DNA from: Azolla caroliniana
Taxonomy: Eukaryota > Plantae > Polypodiophyta
Assembly (NCBI GenBank): GCA_043228905.1
Contig: JBHGNT010000017.1
Span: 3,720,001-3,784,000 of the forward strand
DNA: 64,000 bases
Direction of reading: 5' to 3'
Part shown: piece by piece, positions 1 to 12,313 of the stretch
Layout: each line of letters begins with the position of its first letter
Numbering within the stretch: position 1 is the stretch's first letter
Made by a program: the position numbers and the translations under genes
The notes under the pieces: generated by a model
What the model was told of the DNA's origin: nothing
Database searches by the model: none
Seen by the model: only the letters and a program-made list of their open reading frames with translations

Positions 1-689
1 TCACTCATCCTTGCCATGTTGTATGCACTAAGAACGAGGCTTGTGGTGGAAACAACCAACGAGGTGGAACGTAATTGCACTTTACATCATCACCTACATC
101 CAACAAAATAGGAATAGCTACCCAAATTCTACGAATTCTTCTTCTTTTCCGGTTAGCTTTATTCTGACCAAGACCATACAACATCGTTGAACAGTAATAA
201 AAGTTGACTTAGTAGGCGAAGATGAAGGAGTTATAGCTTGACTATCTTCCATAGAAATGTCTAGAATCTATATTACAAATTATGAATCATGGAGTTAGAT
301 AACAAACGAATAAATGCATGATATACTAGCTACCAATAGTGAAACATCTATGCTCTAGGTTATTATCAACGTGCTGCATTCCCCAATATAATAGGTAAAA
401 AATAAAATTGATAATGCCACAAATTGAAGTAGATTCGAGTATGGTTTTAGAGAGGGGAGGGTGAAGTAAAACAGAGGTGATGTATTTAGAGACAAAGATG
501 AGATATTCTCGTAACTTGTGATTAAATAGAGAGAGAAAGGGGGTTGAAGCATCGTCAATATTGCTTGCACAATATCTACCTATGGTTCTTTTTACACTTA
601 TCATGGAATTATGGATTTGGCAAAGGCCAGTCTACTAGCCTGCATCTTTTGTCACACTCCTATTTCTCCACCACCAACGTCAGACAATT

Positions 690-990
690 GGGTATCTTTA
701 CATAGTTCATGGGGCACATAGCTAACTTGGTCCATCAAGGAAGACGTTGAGTTGTGGGTGGATTCTTCTCTCTTCACCACTAGAAGAGCATCCCTAGCCC
801 TTAGGTAAGTCCCTAATATCTCCTATACACATGCACATTCGAACAATGTGTATGTATGTGTGTTTGGGAAACATGCAAAAGATAAAAAACACGTATACAT
901 ACACATTAATAATGGAATGTCCAAGCATAAGACATTAAGGACTTATCCAAGGGCCGATAATGCTCAGTGGCTGGTGAGGGAGAGAAGAAC
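690..990. mobile_element. Old foldback/MITE-like element: left arm, centre and first part of right arm (interrupted at 990 by the copia insertion)
   Basis: About 692-866 is the diverged reverse complement of about 886-990 joined to 12748-12814. Example: acttggtccatcaaggaag...ttcttctctcttcacca versus tggtgagggagagaagaac|ccatgcacaact...cttccttgatgggtcaagt. No clear TSD. Confidence 0.75.
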
Positions 991-1419
991 TGTTGAGAGA
1001 CAAGCTCAACATCGGCCGGATCGGCTGAAGATGTCGAGGACCGGATCGGTTGGGACCGATCGGTTAGGCCGAATGCGTAAACCGGTACGCAGACCGGTGC
1101 GTAGGTAGGGCCGGATCGGTGCGTAAACCAGGAGGCCGTTAGGAAAGATATTCCGTGAGGAATATATTTGGGAGTTAGTGTAGGAGCTCTTAATGAGCAT
1201 TGAAGTATTGTCAGTACTTTGGTCAGTCCTTCTAGGACTTGTATAAAAGTGTTCATTGAACACACATATGTACAGAGTATGTTGAATATAGTTCTTGTGT
1301 GTTCTCTCACTCTCTCTGTCTCTCCTGCGTATACTGCGTAAGCTCAAGCTCTCCATTAAACTTGTGTTTTCTTCCTTCTGTTCGGTCTTCATACTTGCTT
1401 CCGCACGTTACTCTTTACA
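991..1419 (+). repeat. 5' LTR of outer copia element
   Basis: tgttgagaga...ctctttaca. Matches 12314-12742 with 6 substitutions, all transitions. Confidence 0.97.
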
Positions 1420-1431
1420 TGGTATCAGAGC
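1420..1431 (+). promoter_or_regulatory. Primer binding site (initiator tRNA-Met), outer element
   Basis: TGGTATCAGAGC immediately after the LTR end. Confidence 0.95.
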
Positions 1432-1491
1432 GCGAGGGTTGAGAACCTCTCTGCAGCCGACATAGCTTGACGAAGAAGAACAAGAAGAACG

Positions 1492-3646
1492 ATGGATAGA
1501 GGCATGGCAAGCTCACTTCCAACAGAGAAGCTCGACAGAACCAACTACGCGTCTTGGTCCTACAAGATGCACCAGTACCTGCTCGGGCACGGCTACTAGA
1601 GTTATGTCGAAGGAGCTAATGACGCGGCACCCGAATCGACACACAGAGACTTCCCGTCGTGGGAGCAATCGGCGAGCAGGGTATTATACTGCTTCACGTC
1701 GTGTGTGGGCGAACAACTATTGAGCTATGTTCGGGATGCAAAGACGTCGAAGGGTGCGTGGGAAAATCTGAAGAAGATTTTCGCCGCGAGCACCACAGCC
1801 AGGAAGCTTCAGCTCCGACAGGAGTTGAGCAACCTACGACAACGCGACTTGTCGGTGACGAACTATACCTCGAAGATCAAGGATATCTGCGACTTCGTCG
1901 CCTCCATAGAGGTGAACATCGAGGAGAGTGAGATGGTCCAGATCTGTCTCAGAGGTTTGGCGTCGAAGTTCGGAGTGTTCCGAACGGCTGTGTGTACCCG
2001 GGAGAATACGCCGTCCTTTTTCGACTTACAATCGATGCTCCTGGTAGAGGAGAACCACGCGGGTGCGTCGACGAGCACGCACACCGACAGCAAGATGTTG
2101 TACACGGAGGGAGAAAGGCCCCGTGGTCATGGCGGACGAGGCGAGTCGGTACGCAATGGAAGCGGCCGACGAGATCAAGGAAGAAGGCACCGAAGTGATG
2201 TCGGCAGCAACTCTGAACCCTCCGGAAACAGGGGGAGTCGAAGTGATGAGAACCGGCAAGGGAAGGCCATCGCGGAGTGTTGGTACTGTGGCAAGAAAGG
2301 CCACAGGGAAAGTGAGTGCTGGAAGAAGCACGCCGATTCGGAGAGAACCGATTCCGGAAATGGCTCCGGACATACCGACAAGGGAAATCGGCAGTGATCG
2401 CACTACGCCGAAGACTCCGGGAGAGCCAGAGAAGGGTCTGCCTTCGTGACGAGACACGAAGCAAACTCAATGAAACAGACCACCCCGAGATCGGACGAGG
2501 TGTGGTACGTAGACTCCGGCGCGTCAAACCACATGACGAGCCATAAGGAGTGGTTCTCGTACCTTGAAAAACCGATGCAACCTGGAGTAGTCGCAACTGG
2601 AGACGACACTCCGCATCCGATCGCGAATGTCAGAGAAGTTCCCCTTAGCCATGTCGGGCAGAAAGGGAAACTCATGAACGTGTTGCACATTCCGACAATC
2701 ACGAAGAACTTGGTCTCGGTCGGACAAATCGTCGACCAAGGGATGGAGGTCCGGTTTACACATCTAGGGTGCATCATTGAGGAAGAAGGCCGTGTGATTG
2801 CGCAAGGGTGCAGAGATGGGAGAATGTTCATCCTCGACTCCACTAACGGTGGCACCGCAATGTTCACGAAGGGAAAAAAATCCGAGTCGGACATCGACTT
2901 GTGGCACAAGCGGATAGGCCACGTCAACTACCAGCGGCTTCAAGATCTGCAATCGAAACAGGTAGTGTTCGGATTGCCCAAATTTAGTGGCCGAAAGGCA
3001 CAAATTTGTGAAGCCTGCCAGCTTGGGAAGCAACACCGGCTTCCTTTCCCCAACGAGCGAAACCGGAGCCGGAACAAGCTCGACCTTATACACTCCGATG
3101 TATGGGGGCCAGCACAAAACGTTAGTCTTGGCGGGAGCCGATATTTCGTCTCCTTCATCGACGACCATACGCGGCACACGTGGATCTACCTCATTGAGAG
3201 GAAGAGCGAAGTCTTCGACTGTTTCTGGGACCTCAAAGGGTTCGTGGAAACGGAAATGGGACGAAAGATCAAGTGCCTGCGGTCGGATGGCGGGAAAGAG
3301 TACTTCTCTGGTCAATTCAACGGTTATCTACAACAAATGGGAATTCGGCGCGAATTCAGTTGTAGATACACACCGGAGCAGAACGGCGTGGCCGAGAGGA
3401 AGAATCGGGCAGTTGTGGAAGCGGCACGGGCAATGCTGGAGGAGAAGAGCTTGCCCAAGTTCTATTGGGTCGAGGCGGTAAGGACCGCGATATACATCCA
3501 GAACCGGATCGGAGACAAAGTGTCGGCGCACGAGCTATATTTCGGAACAACGCCGAACTTGCGACACTTGAGGGTGTTCAGTAGCATTGCGTATGTGCAT
3601 GTACCGAAGGAGAGAAGGAGGAAGTTGGACGCAAAGGCCGAGAAAT
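1492..3646 (+). pseudogene. Outer copia gag-protease-integrase (5' part of polyprotein)
   Basis: Starts MDRGMASSLPTEKLDRTNY. Zinc knuckle CWYCGKKGHRESEC, protease WYVDSGAS, integrase HHCC and D-D-E core (HSDVWG, RSDGGKEY, NGVAERKNR). In-frame stops at 1597 and 2395. Interrupted at AEK|CIL by the inner element. Confidence 0.95.
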
Positions 3647-3976
3647 TGTTGAGCGGCAAGCTCAACCGGAGCCGGATCGGCTGAATAAGCCGGAGCCGGT
3701 AAGCGAGACGGATCGGGCGAAACGGATCGGTATGACGGTGAGCAACCGAACCGGCAAGCAGTGGAGACCGGGTGCAATCCGTAATCGGCAGTCCAATCGG
3801 AAGCCTAGTATACGATAGACCACTAGGTAGCTATAGTCTCGTAGTAAGTGTCAGATGCTCGTGTGAGCATTGAAGTACATGGTACTTCTGTCAGTCCCAA
3901 GAGGACTTGTATAAATAGTGCTACTTAGCACAGTGTGTTGTTAAGGAGTCTTGATATAATTTTGAAATTGTGTTAT

Positions 3977-4032
<56 letters not shown>

Positions 4033-4083
4033 TCTCTCTCTGTTGTTCTCTGTTTTACGCTTCCGCAAACACTTACGTTTACA
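3647..4083 (+). repeat. 5' LTR of inner copia element (contains a (CT)n tract)
   Basis: tgttgagcgg...cgtttaca, repeated at 9199-9645. Confidence 0.97.
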
Positions 4084-4095
4084 TGGTATCAGAGC
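4084..4095 (+). promoter_or_regulatory. Primer binding site (initiator tRNA-Met), inner element
   Basis: TGGTATCAGAGC directly after the LTR. Confidence 0.95.
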
Positions 4096-4177
4096 GCGAG
4101 GGTTGAGAACCTCTGCTGCAGACATTTACTCTTGAGAAGAAAACCCTAACAGGTCGAAAACAGACATAGTAGAAGAC

Positions 4178-7100
4178 ATGGATAGAGGCATGGCTACGTC
4201 GCTCCCGGTGGAGAAGCTCGACAGGAGCAACTACGCATCTTGGTCTTACAAGATGCACCAGTACCTGCTTGGACACGGGTACTGGAGTTATGTCGAAGGA
4301 GCGAATGATGCGGTGCCAGACTCGGCACACAAGGACTTCCCGGTATGGGAACAGGCGGCAAGCAGGGTGATGTACTGCTTCGCGTCCAGTGTCGGCGATC
4401 AGCTGCTCAGCCACATCCGTGACGTCAAGACACCGAAGGATGCTTGGGGGAACCTGAAAAAGGTTTTCGCCGCAAGCACCACTGCCCGGAAGCTGCAACT
4501 CAGACAGGAGTTGAGCAATGTTCGACAGAAGAACATGTCCGTGGCAGACTACACGGGCCGAATAAAGGAGATCTGCGACTCGCTCGCCTCTATCAATGTT
4601 ACCGTAGAGGAAGACGAGATGGTGCAGGTATGTCTCGGAGGCTTGGTGTTCCGGACTGCGGTGTGTACAAGGGAGAATACCCCCTCATTCTTCGACTTAC
4701 AGTCGATGCTCCTTATAGAGGAGAACCACACCGGTGCATCTACTAGTGCATCCTCGGACAGCCGAATGCTGTACACGGGAACGGATCGGCTCCGTGGGCG
4801 TGGTGGAAGAGGTGGGTCGGCACGCAATGGAGGCGGCCGGCAATAGCAGGAACGGAGGCACTATGAGCGTGCCGACAACAGTTCCAGGACTTCCACAAGC
4901 AGGGGGAGTCAAGGCGGTGCCGGAGGCCGGCAAGACAAATCCGCTACGGAATGCTGGTACTGTGGCAAAAAAGGCCACAGGGAAAGCGAGTGCTGGAGAA
5001 AGCGTGCCGATTCGGACAAATCCGGATCCGGAAAGACCGGTAAGGATGGCCGGAAAAACTCGCACTACGCAAACGGATCAGGAGGATCCGGAACCGGAAA
5101 GGCCGATAAGGGACCAGCCTTGGTGATGAATCACAAGGCAAACTCAATGAAGAAGACCACTTCCAAAACGGAGGAAGTGTGGTATGTTGATTCCGGCACG
5201 TCGAACCACATGACGAGCCACAAAGAGTGGTTCTCCTTTCTGGAGAAACCGGATCAACCAGGAGTAGTCGAAACCGGAGACGACAGTCCTCACCCAATCG
5301 TGCACGTCGGAGAAGTCCCTCTAAGCCACGTCGAACAGAAAGGGAAGCTGATGAACGTATTACACGTTCCGACAATCACGAAGAACCTGGTGTCCGTCGA
5401 TCAGATTGTCGACCAAGGGATGCAGGTGCGGTTTACGCACCTCGGGTGCTTCATTGAGGATGAGGGCGAAGTCATTGCGCAAGGGCGCAGAGACGGGAGG
5501 ATGTTTATCCTCAACACCAATGACCTTGGCACCACTCTGTTCGCGAATCGACAGAAGGTCGAGTCGGACATCGACCTGTGGCACAAGCAGATAGGCCACG
5601 TCAACTACCAGAGGCTTCAAGTCCTGCAAACGAAACAAGTCGTTTTCGGTTTGCCGAAGTTCAGCGGCCGGAGAGCCGAAATTTGTGAAGCCTGCCAACT
5701 TGGGAAGCAACACCGGCTTCCATTCCCCACCGAACGGAACCGGAGCCGTAACAAGCTCGATCTCATCCATTCGGATGTGTGGGGACCGGCACAAAGTGTA
5801 AGCCTTGGCGGGAGCCGATACTTCGTCTCCTTCATCGACGACTATACTCGACATACTTGGATCTACCTCATTGAGCGGAAGAGCGAAGTCTTCGACTGTT
5901 TCCGGAGCCTCCAGAAGATGGTGGAACGGGAATCGGAGAGGAAGATCAAATGCCTTCGGTCGGATGGCGGAAAGGAATATTTTTCCGGCCAATTCACTAG
6001 TTATCTGCAGCAGAAGGGAATTCGGCGAGAGTTCAGCTGCAGATACACACCGGAGCAAAACGGTGTGGCCGAAAGGAAGAACCGGACACTCGTCGAAGCG
6101 GCAAGGGCAATGCTGGAGGAGAAGAGCATGCCCCGGTTCTACTGGGCGGAGGCGGTCCAGACGGCCGTCTACATACAAAACCGCATTGGTGACAAGGTGT
6201 CAGCTCATGAGCTGTATTTCGGGCGCAAGCCGAACTTAAGACACCTTCGGATATTTGGCAGCATAGCGTATGTGCATGTGCCGGATCAGAAGCGGAGAAA
6301 GCTGGATGCAAAATCGGAAAAATGCATCCTAGTCGGCTATGCTCAAGAGCAAAAGGGGTATAAGTGCTATAACCCCCGGACGAAGGAAGTCCGAGTTAGC
6401 CGGGATGTCGAGTTCGATGAATCGGCATCCTGGTACTCCGTACCGACTCCGACTTCCGATCCCGACCGAATGCCGGAAGATCAGATCAGTGAGCCTGAAT
6501 CAGCCCTGGCAGAGGATGATGAAGCCGAGACTCAAGATGAGAGTCCGGAATCGTTACGGTTGAGTGGACCGAACGAGCGACTGAGTCAGTTGGACCAGTC
6601 GGATGAAGAGACGGCAAGTGGTGGAGACTCTGCCGTGCTCTCCCCACGCAAGGAACCGAGGAAACGGTTCACGTGCAAAGAGAAGGGGAAGAGGAAGATG
6701 CCAGAATTCGAAACCGGCAACGATGAGTCGGATCGGTGCGTATCCGACTCCGGAAAGGAGAAAGGCAGATCTTCGGTAACGAAGACCGAACTGGCCAAGA
6801 AGGGCCTCAAATCAGGTGACGGTGTGTTGCGCCGATCAACCCGCCAGAAGGATCCCGTCATATGGTACGGGTACAATGAATACATGCGCATCATTATGCG
6901 TACATGACTAAGGTGACAGAAGTGTGTGAGCCGGAGAGCTACGCAAAAGCGGCAAAGGACGCAAATTGGCGTGCCGCTATGGACGAAGAAATGCGGGCGC
7001 TCGATACCAACGAAACTTGGGACCTAGTTGATCCTCCCCGTCACTGTAAACCGATCGGATGCAAGTGGGTGTACAAGGTCAAGTACAACACCGACGGTTC

Positions 7101-9204
7101 TGTTAACCGGTACAAAGCCCGGTTAGTGGGGAAGGGATACGCGCAGACCCACGGAATCGACTACGACGAGACCTTCGCTCCTGTGGCGAAGATGACGACG
7201 GTTCGTGTGGTACTGGCGGTTGCTGCGGCAAGGGGGTGGCATCTTCACCAGATGGATGTGAAGAACGTCTTCCTTCAAGGAGAGCTTGAAGAAGAAGTCT
7301 TTATGACTCAGCCCCCCGGATTTCAATCGGAGATGAACAAGTCGGCGGTATGCCGACTGAAGAAGTCGCTTTACGGCTTGAAGCAAGCCCCCCGAGCTTG
7401 GAACGCGAAGATCACGCACCGGTTGTGTAAGCTGGGGTTTGTTGTCTCTAAGTCGGACTCTTCGTTGTTCATCCGGCAAGGCTCTGACGGTCTGGTCTGT
7501 ATACTCTTGTATGTGGATGATTTAGTCATCACCAGACCGGGTCTTCCCGAAATCAACCGCGTCAAGTCCCAGTTGTCGGACGCATTCCAAATGAAGGACC
7601 TGGGGGACCTTCATTATTTTATTGGGCTCGAAGTGATCTGGACCCCCGACGGCATATTGCTCTCACAACGACATTACGTGTTGAATATGCTGTATAAGTT
7701 CGGCATGACGGATTGCCGACCTGTCTCCACACCCCTGGACAGGAACCAGAAGCTCCGTCCCAACTCCGGACCGGCCTGCAATGAGAAACGGTTCCGACAG
7801 GTTGTCGGAAGCCTGATCTACTTAACCATCACCCGACCCGACATCAACTATCCGGTCGGGATGGTAAGTCAGTTCATGCAGGAGCCGACCGTGGAGCACC
7901 TTCAGTGCGCGCAACGAATATTACGGTATGTCAGCGGCACTAAGGACCGGGGACTGCTATACTGGCGAGGTATAACCGAAGAGCTCGTCGATTACACAGA
8001 TGCTGACTGGGCCGGCGATGCGTCTAATCGCCGCTCCACTTCCGGATACATGTTCTCCATAGGTAGTGCGGCCGTTGCGTGGAGCAGCAAGAAGCAACCC
8101 ACAGTGGCTTTGTCAAGCACCGAGGCTGAGTACCGGGCCGCTACCGTTGCCACTTGTGAAGCCATCTGGCTTCGGCGACTGCTGCGAGACTTGCGGATCG
8201 AGGTACCGACCCCAATCCCGATTTACTACGATAACATGAGCAGCCTGCAGCTCGCCAGGAACCCTGTGTTCCATGCTCGCACAAAGCACATCGAGGTGCA
8301 CTACCACTTCGTGCATGAGCGGGTCCTAAGCGGTGAAGTTGACCTACGGTATGTTCATAGGGATCGGCAAGTTGCCGACATCTTCACCAAGCCGCTCGGA
8401 TCGGACAAGTTGCAGCACTTTACCGACATGCTTGGTATTCAGCATCTTGATGTGCCGCACTTGAGGGGGAGAAGCAAGGGCAAAGTCTCTACCGAAACGG
8501 GCAAAGGCCAAAAACCTGTTGAACTCGTCGGTAAGAGGAGAACCGGAAGAAGAGGAGACAAGAAGCTGAAGGAAGCCGAGTCGACGAAGGAAGTCGACAC
8601 ATCCGAACAGGTCGGAGCAAGCGGCTGTGAAGAAGAGTTGTGCACTCATGAAGAGAAGCACATGCTGTGCGGAGGTCATCACGACGGTACTGACCATGAT
8701 ACAGAGTCGAATGAAGAATTCGATTTCGGTTCATCGGCTGAAGAAGCCGAGGGAAGCATGGAGAAGGCCAAGACTCGGAAGTGGTCCGATGTGGTGAGAG
8801 GCCTGACACCGGAAGTCGAATCGGAGTGTACCGATTCGGACAAGAGCTGGAACGAGTCGGAGAAAGCTGACTCGGATCAACAGATGGATCCAGATGAAAT
8901 GGATCGACTGAAGGCCAAGGGGACACGGACACAGCGGAAGTCGATGCCATCATGGGAGAACCGACGGATTGGCAAGCACCTGAGTCACAGCAACGTGACT
9001 GCTGAGATGGGCCGATTGAGCAGACATACCGACCGAGAGGGTCGAGGCACGTAGAACCAAAGGGGTCGCGGCAAACGGGACCGGACTGGACGAGGAGCGC
9101 GAGCAAGGCGGAGTGTCGCCAGGAGAAGTCGGTTGGAAGAACCGACTGCCAAAGAGGTCAACACTACGACCCCACCTCAGGTTGAGCTTGAGGGGGAGTG
9201 TTGA
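4178..9204 (+). pseudogene. Inner copia gag-pol polyprotein with C-terminal extension
   Basis: Gag with CCHC knuckle, protease (WYVDSGTS), integrase, RT (LLYVDD) and RNase H (YTDADWAG, TEAEY, ADIFTK). Stops at 4844 and 9052, a 1-bp deletion frameshift near 6887, and a 15-nt in-frame gag deletion relative to the outer element. The frame ends PQVELEGEC* at 9202-9204. Confidence 0.95.
9187..9198 (+). promoter_or_regulatory. Polypurine tract, inner element
   Basis: CTTGAGGGGGAG abutting the 3' LTR. Confidence 0.9.
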
Positions 9205-9528
9205 GCGGCAAGCTCAACCGAAACCGGATCGGCTGAATAAACCGGAGCCGGTAAGCGAGACGGATCGGGCAAAACGGATCGGTATGACGATGAGCAACCG
9301 AACCGGCAAGCAGTGGAGGCCGGGTGCAATCCGTAACCGGCAGTCCAATCGGAAGCCTAGTATAGGATAGACCACTAGGTAGCTATAGTCTCGTAGTAAG
9401 TGTCAGATGCTCGTGTGAGCATTGAAGTACATGGTACTTCTGTCAGTCCCAAGAGGGCTTGTATAAATAGTGCTACTTAGCACAGTGTGTTGTTAAGGAG
9501 TCTTGATATAATTTTGAAATTGTGTTCT

Positions 9529-9605
<77 letters not shown>

Positions 9606-9645
9606 TGTTCTCTGTTTTACGCTTCCGCAAACACTTACGTTTACT
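9199..9645 (+). repeat. 3' LTR of inner copia element (ends CT instead of CA)
   Basis: Matches 3647-4083 with 11 substitutions outside the (CT)n tract plus SSR differences. Followed by TSD GAAAT. Confidence 0.95.
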
Positions 9646-9650
9646 GAAAT

Positions 9651-12313
9651 GCATCTTGGTCGGTTACTCGGACGAGCAGAAGGGTTATAAGTGTTATAAC
9701 CCTCGCACCAAACAAGCGTGTGTTAGCCGCGACGTTGTGTTTGACGAGTCCGCGTCCTGGTACCAGCCCCCGACTCCGCAGCCCGACTCCAATCTGAGCT
9801 CTGATGATGAGGTCAGCGAGGCCGAGATGCCTCCGGATTAGCCCGAAATCAAGACCCGCGAAGAGAGTCTGATTTCACTCCGTTTAAGTGGACCAATTGG
9901 ACGACTGAGTCGGTACGACCAGTCCAATGAAGAGCCGGCGAGTAGTGGAGACTCGGCCGTGCATTCCCCGTGCAGGAAGCTGAGGAGACGGCTTACGCAC
10001 AAAGAGAAAGGGAAGAAGAAGGTGTCGGATTCCGGCACGGATAGGAACGAGTCAGACCGACGCGAGTCCGACTCAAGGGAACTGGTGAAGTCTGCGTCGA
10101 CCGAGAAGGCCTCGACATCGGCTAATGTGAGATTACGCTGATCTACCCGCCAAAAGAATCTTGTTTTGTGGTTTGGATACAACGAGTACATGGTGCATCA
10201 TTATGCGTACATGACCCGTGTAGCGGAAGTGCGTGAGCCGGAGAGCTACGCAGAAGCGGCTAAAGACGCGAATTGGCATGCCGCAATGGAGGAAGAGATG
10301 CACGCATTGGCGGAGAACGAGACCTGGGACCTGGTTGACGCACCAAGAGGGGTAAAACCAATCGGGTGTAGGTGGGTGTACAAGGTCAAGTACAACACCG
10401 ATGGCTCGGTCAACCGGTACAAGGCTCGGCTAGTGGCAAAGGGCTACGCGCAGAAACACGGCATCGACTACGATGAGACGTTTGCGCCGGTCGCGAAAAT
10501 GACGATCGTCCGTGTTTTGCTCACAGTAGTTGCGGTGAAGGGGTGGCACTTACATCATATGGATGTAAAGAATGCGTTCCTGCAAGGTGACCTTGAGGAA
10601 CAGGTGTACATGGTACAACCCCCCGGATTTCACTCCGGAACACACTCCTCGGCAGTATGCCGACTGAAGAAGTCCCTTTACGGACTGAAGCAAGGCCCGC
10701 GTGCCTGGAACGCGAAGATCATGCAACAACTGCATCAGATGGGCTTCGTCACGTCAAAATCGGACTCTTCCCGATTCATCCGGAAAGGTCGACTCGGACC
10801 GGTTAGTATTTTACTATATGTTGATGACTTGGTCATCACCGGCGCCGACCTACGTGAAATCGACCGCGTGAAGCTCCAGCTTGCGGCATCGTTCGACATG
10901 AAGGATCTGGGGGACCTTCATTACTTCCTCGGGATCGAAGTGATCCATACCCCCGAAGGCATATTGATTAGCCAACGTCATTACGTGTTGAGTATGCTCT
11001 TCAAATTCGGGATGGCCGACTGTAAGTCCGTCTCGACTCCTCTGGACAGAACCGTCAAGCTTCGTCCCGATACGAGAAAGGTATGCGACCCGACGAGGTT
11101 CCGACAAATTGTCGGAAGCCTCATATACTTGACCATCACCCGACCCGACATCAGTTATCCGGTTGGAGTGATCAGTCAGTTCATGGCGCAACCTACCGAG
11201 GAGCACCTTCAGTGTGCGCAACGCATACTTCGGTATGTCAACGGCACTAAGGACCGAGGACTGCTATATCGGACCGGTGCAGCCGCGCAGTTAGTCGGCT
11301 ACACCGATGTTGATTGGGCTGGCAACGCCGCCGATCGCCGATCGCCGATCCACGTCCGGATACGCGTTCTCCCTCGGGAGTGCCGCGATCGCGTGGAGCA
11401 GTAAGAAGCAGCTGACAATTGCCCTGTCGAGCACCGAAGTTGAGTACCGAGGAGCGGCTGTCGCGACATGCGAAGCCGTATGGTTGAAGCGGCTACTTAA
11501 AGACCTGCAAGAGGAGGTGTCAAATCCGACGACGATCTACTGCGACAACCTCAGCAGCATCCAGCTCGCGAAAAACCCCGTTTTCCATGCACGGACCAAG
11601 CACATTGAGGTGCACTACCATTTCGTCTGTGAGCGTGTCCTTTCCGATGAAGTCGAACTTCAGTACGTTCCGACGGATCGGCAGACTGCCGACATCTTCA
11701 CCAAGCCTCTTGGTCTGGACAAGTTGCGGCAATTCTCAAGTGCACTCGGATTGCATCACCTCGACGTGCCAAACTTGAGGGGGAGAACAGTCCCGAACGA
11801 CCAAGCAAGGCAACAGGAAAGGAGCGGAGACCGCGACACCGAGTCGGTTGACTCGGTTGTCGAGTTTGACTTCAGATCGGCTGAAGAAGCCGAGGGCGGA
11901 CCCGCGGAAAAGTCCGGAAGCGGACAGAAAGGGATCAGCCGAAGGAGAAAGCCGAAGCCAACCACGCATGGGGAAGATGACGCCATCGAGGGCGAGAAGA
12001 CCGAAGACAAGTTGGAGACAGCCGACTCGGACGAAAGCGAAAACCGATCAGAGGTAGCCGAGTCGGTTCGGATGTTTGATTCAGATACGTTGAATCAACC
12101 GAGGCCCAAGCGGAAGAAAAGGCAGCAGGAGAAGCGTCAACACCGCAATAGCAGAAGAGCTGATAAGGGTCACATGAGCAGACAAGCCGACCGAAAGGGT
12201 CGAAGCGCGCGGAGTCGAACAGGTCGTGGAGCGCGAGCGAGGCGTGAAGCCAGGAGGAACCGGAGCTGTGAGCCCGAAGATCCCGAAGAGCCTCAAGTTG
12301 AGCTTGAGGGGAG
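9651..12313 (+). pseudogene. Outer copia integrase C-terminus, RT, RNase H and C-terminal extension (3' part of polyprotein)
   Basis: GYKCYNP, RYKARLVAKGY, LLYVDD and ADIFTKPL motifs. Stops at 9839 and 10139. A 7-bp duplication (gatcgcc) near 11333-11346 causes a frameshift in RNase H. Confidence 0.95.
12303..12313 (+). promoter_or_regulatory. Polypurine tract, outer element
   Basis: CTTGAGGGGAG abutting the 3' LTR, one G shorter than the inner PPT. Confidence 0.9.

Larger units (their letters stand above)
3647..9645 (+). mobile_element. Ty1/copia LTR retrotransposon, inner (nested) element, full length but defective
   Basis: LTRs at 3647-4083 and 9199-9645, TSD GAAAT at 3642-3646 and 9646-9650. 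Removing it restores the host frame AEKCILVGYSDEQKGYKCYN. Confidence 0.98.

Noticed and set aside
2395-4846. In-frame stops near the gag-pol junction in both copia elements as programmed readthrough
   Set aside because: The stops are at non-homologous positions (after versus before the zinc knuckle), are explicable as C-to-T changes (CGA, CAG), and lack a CARYYA readthrough context.
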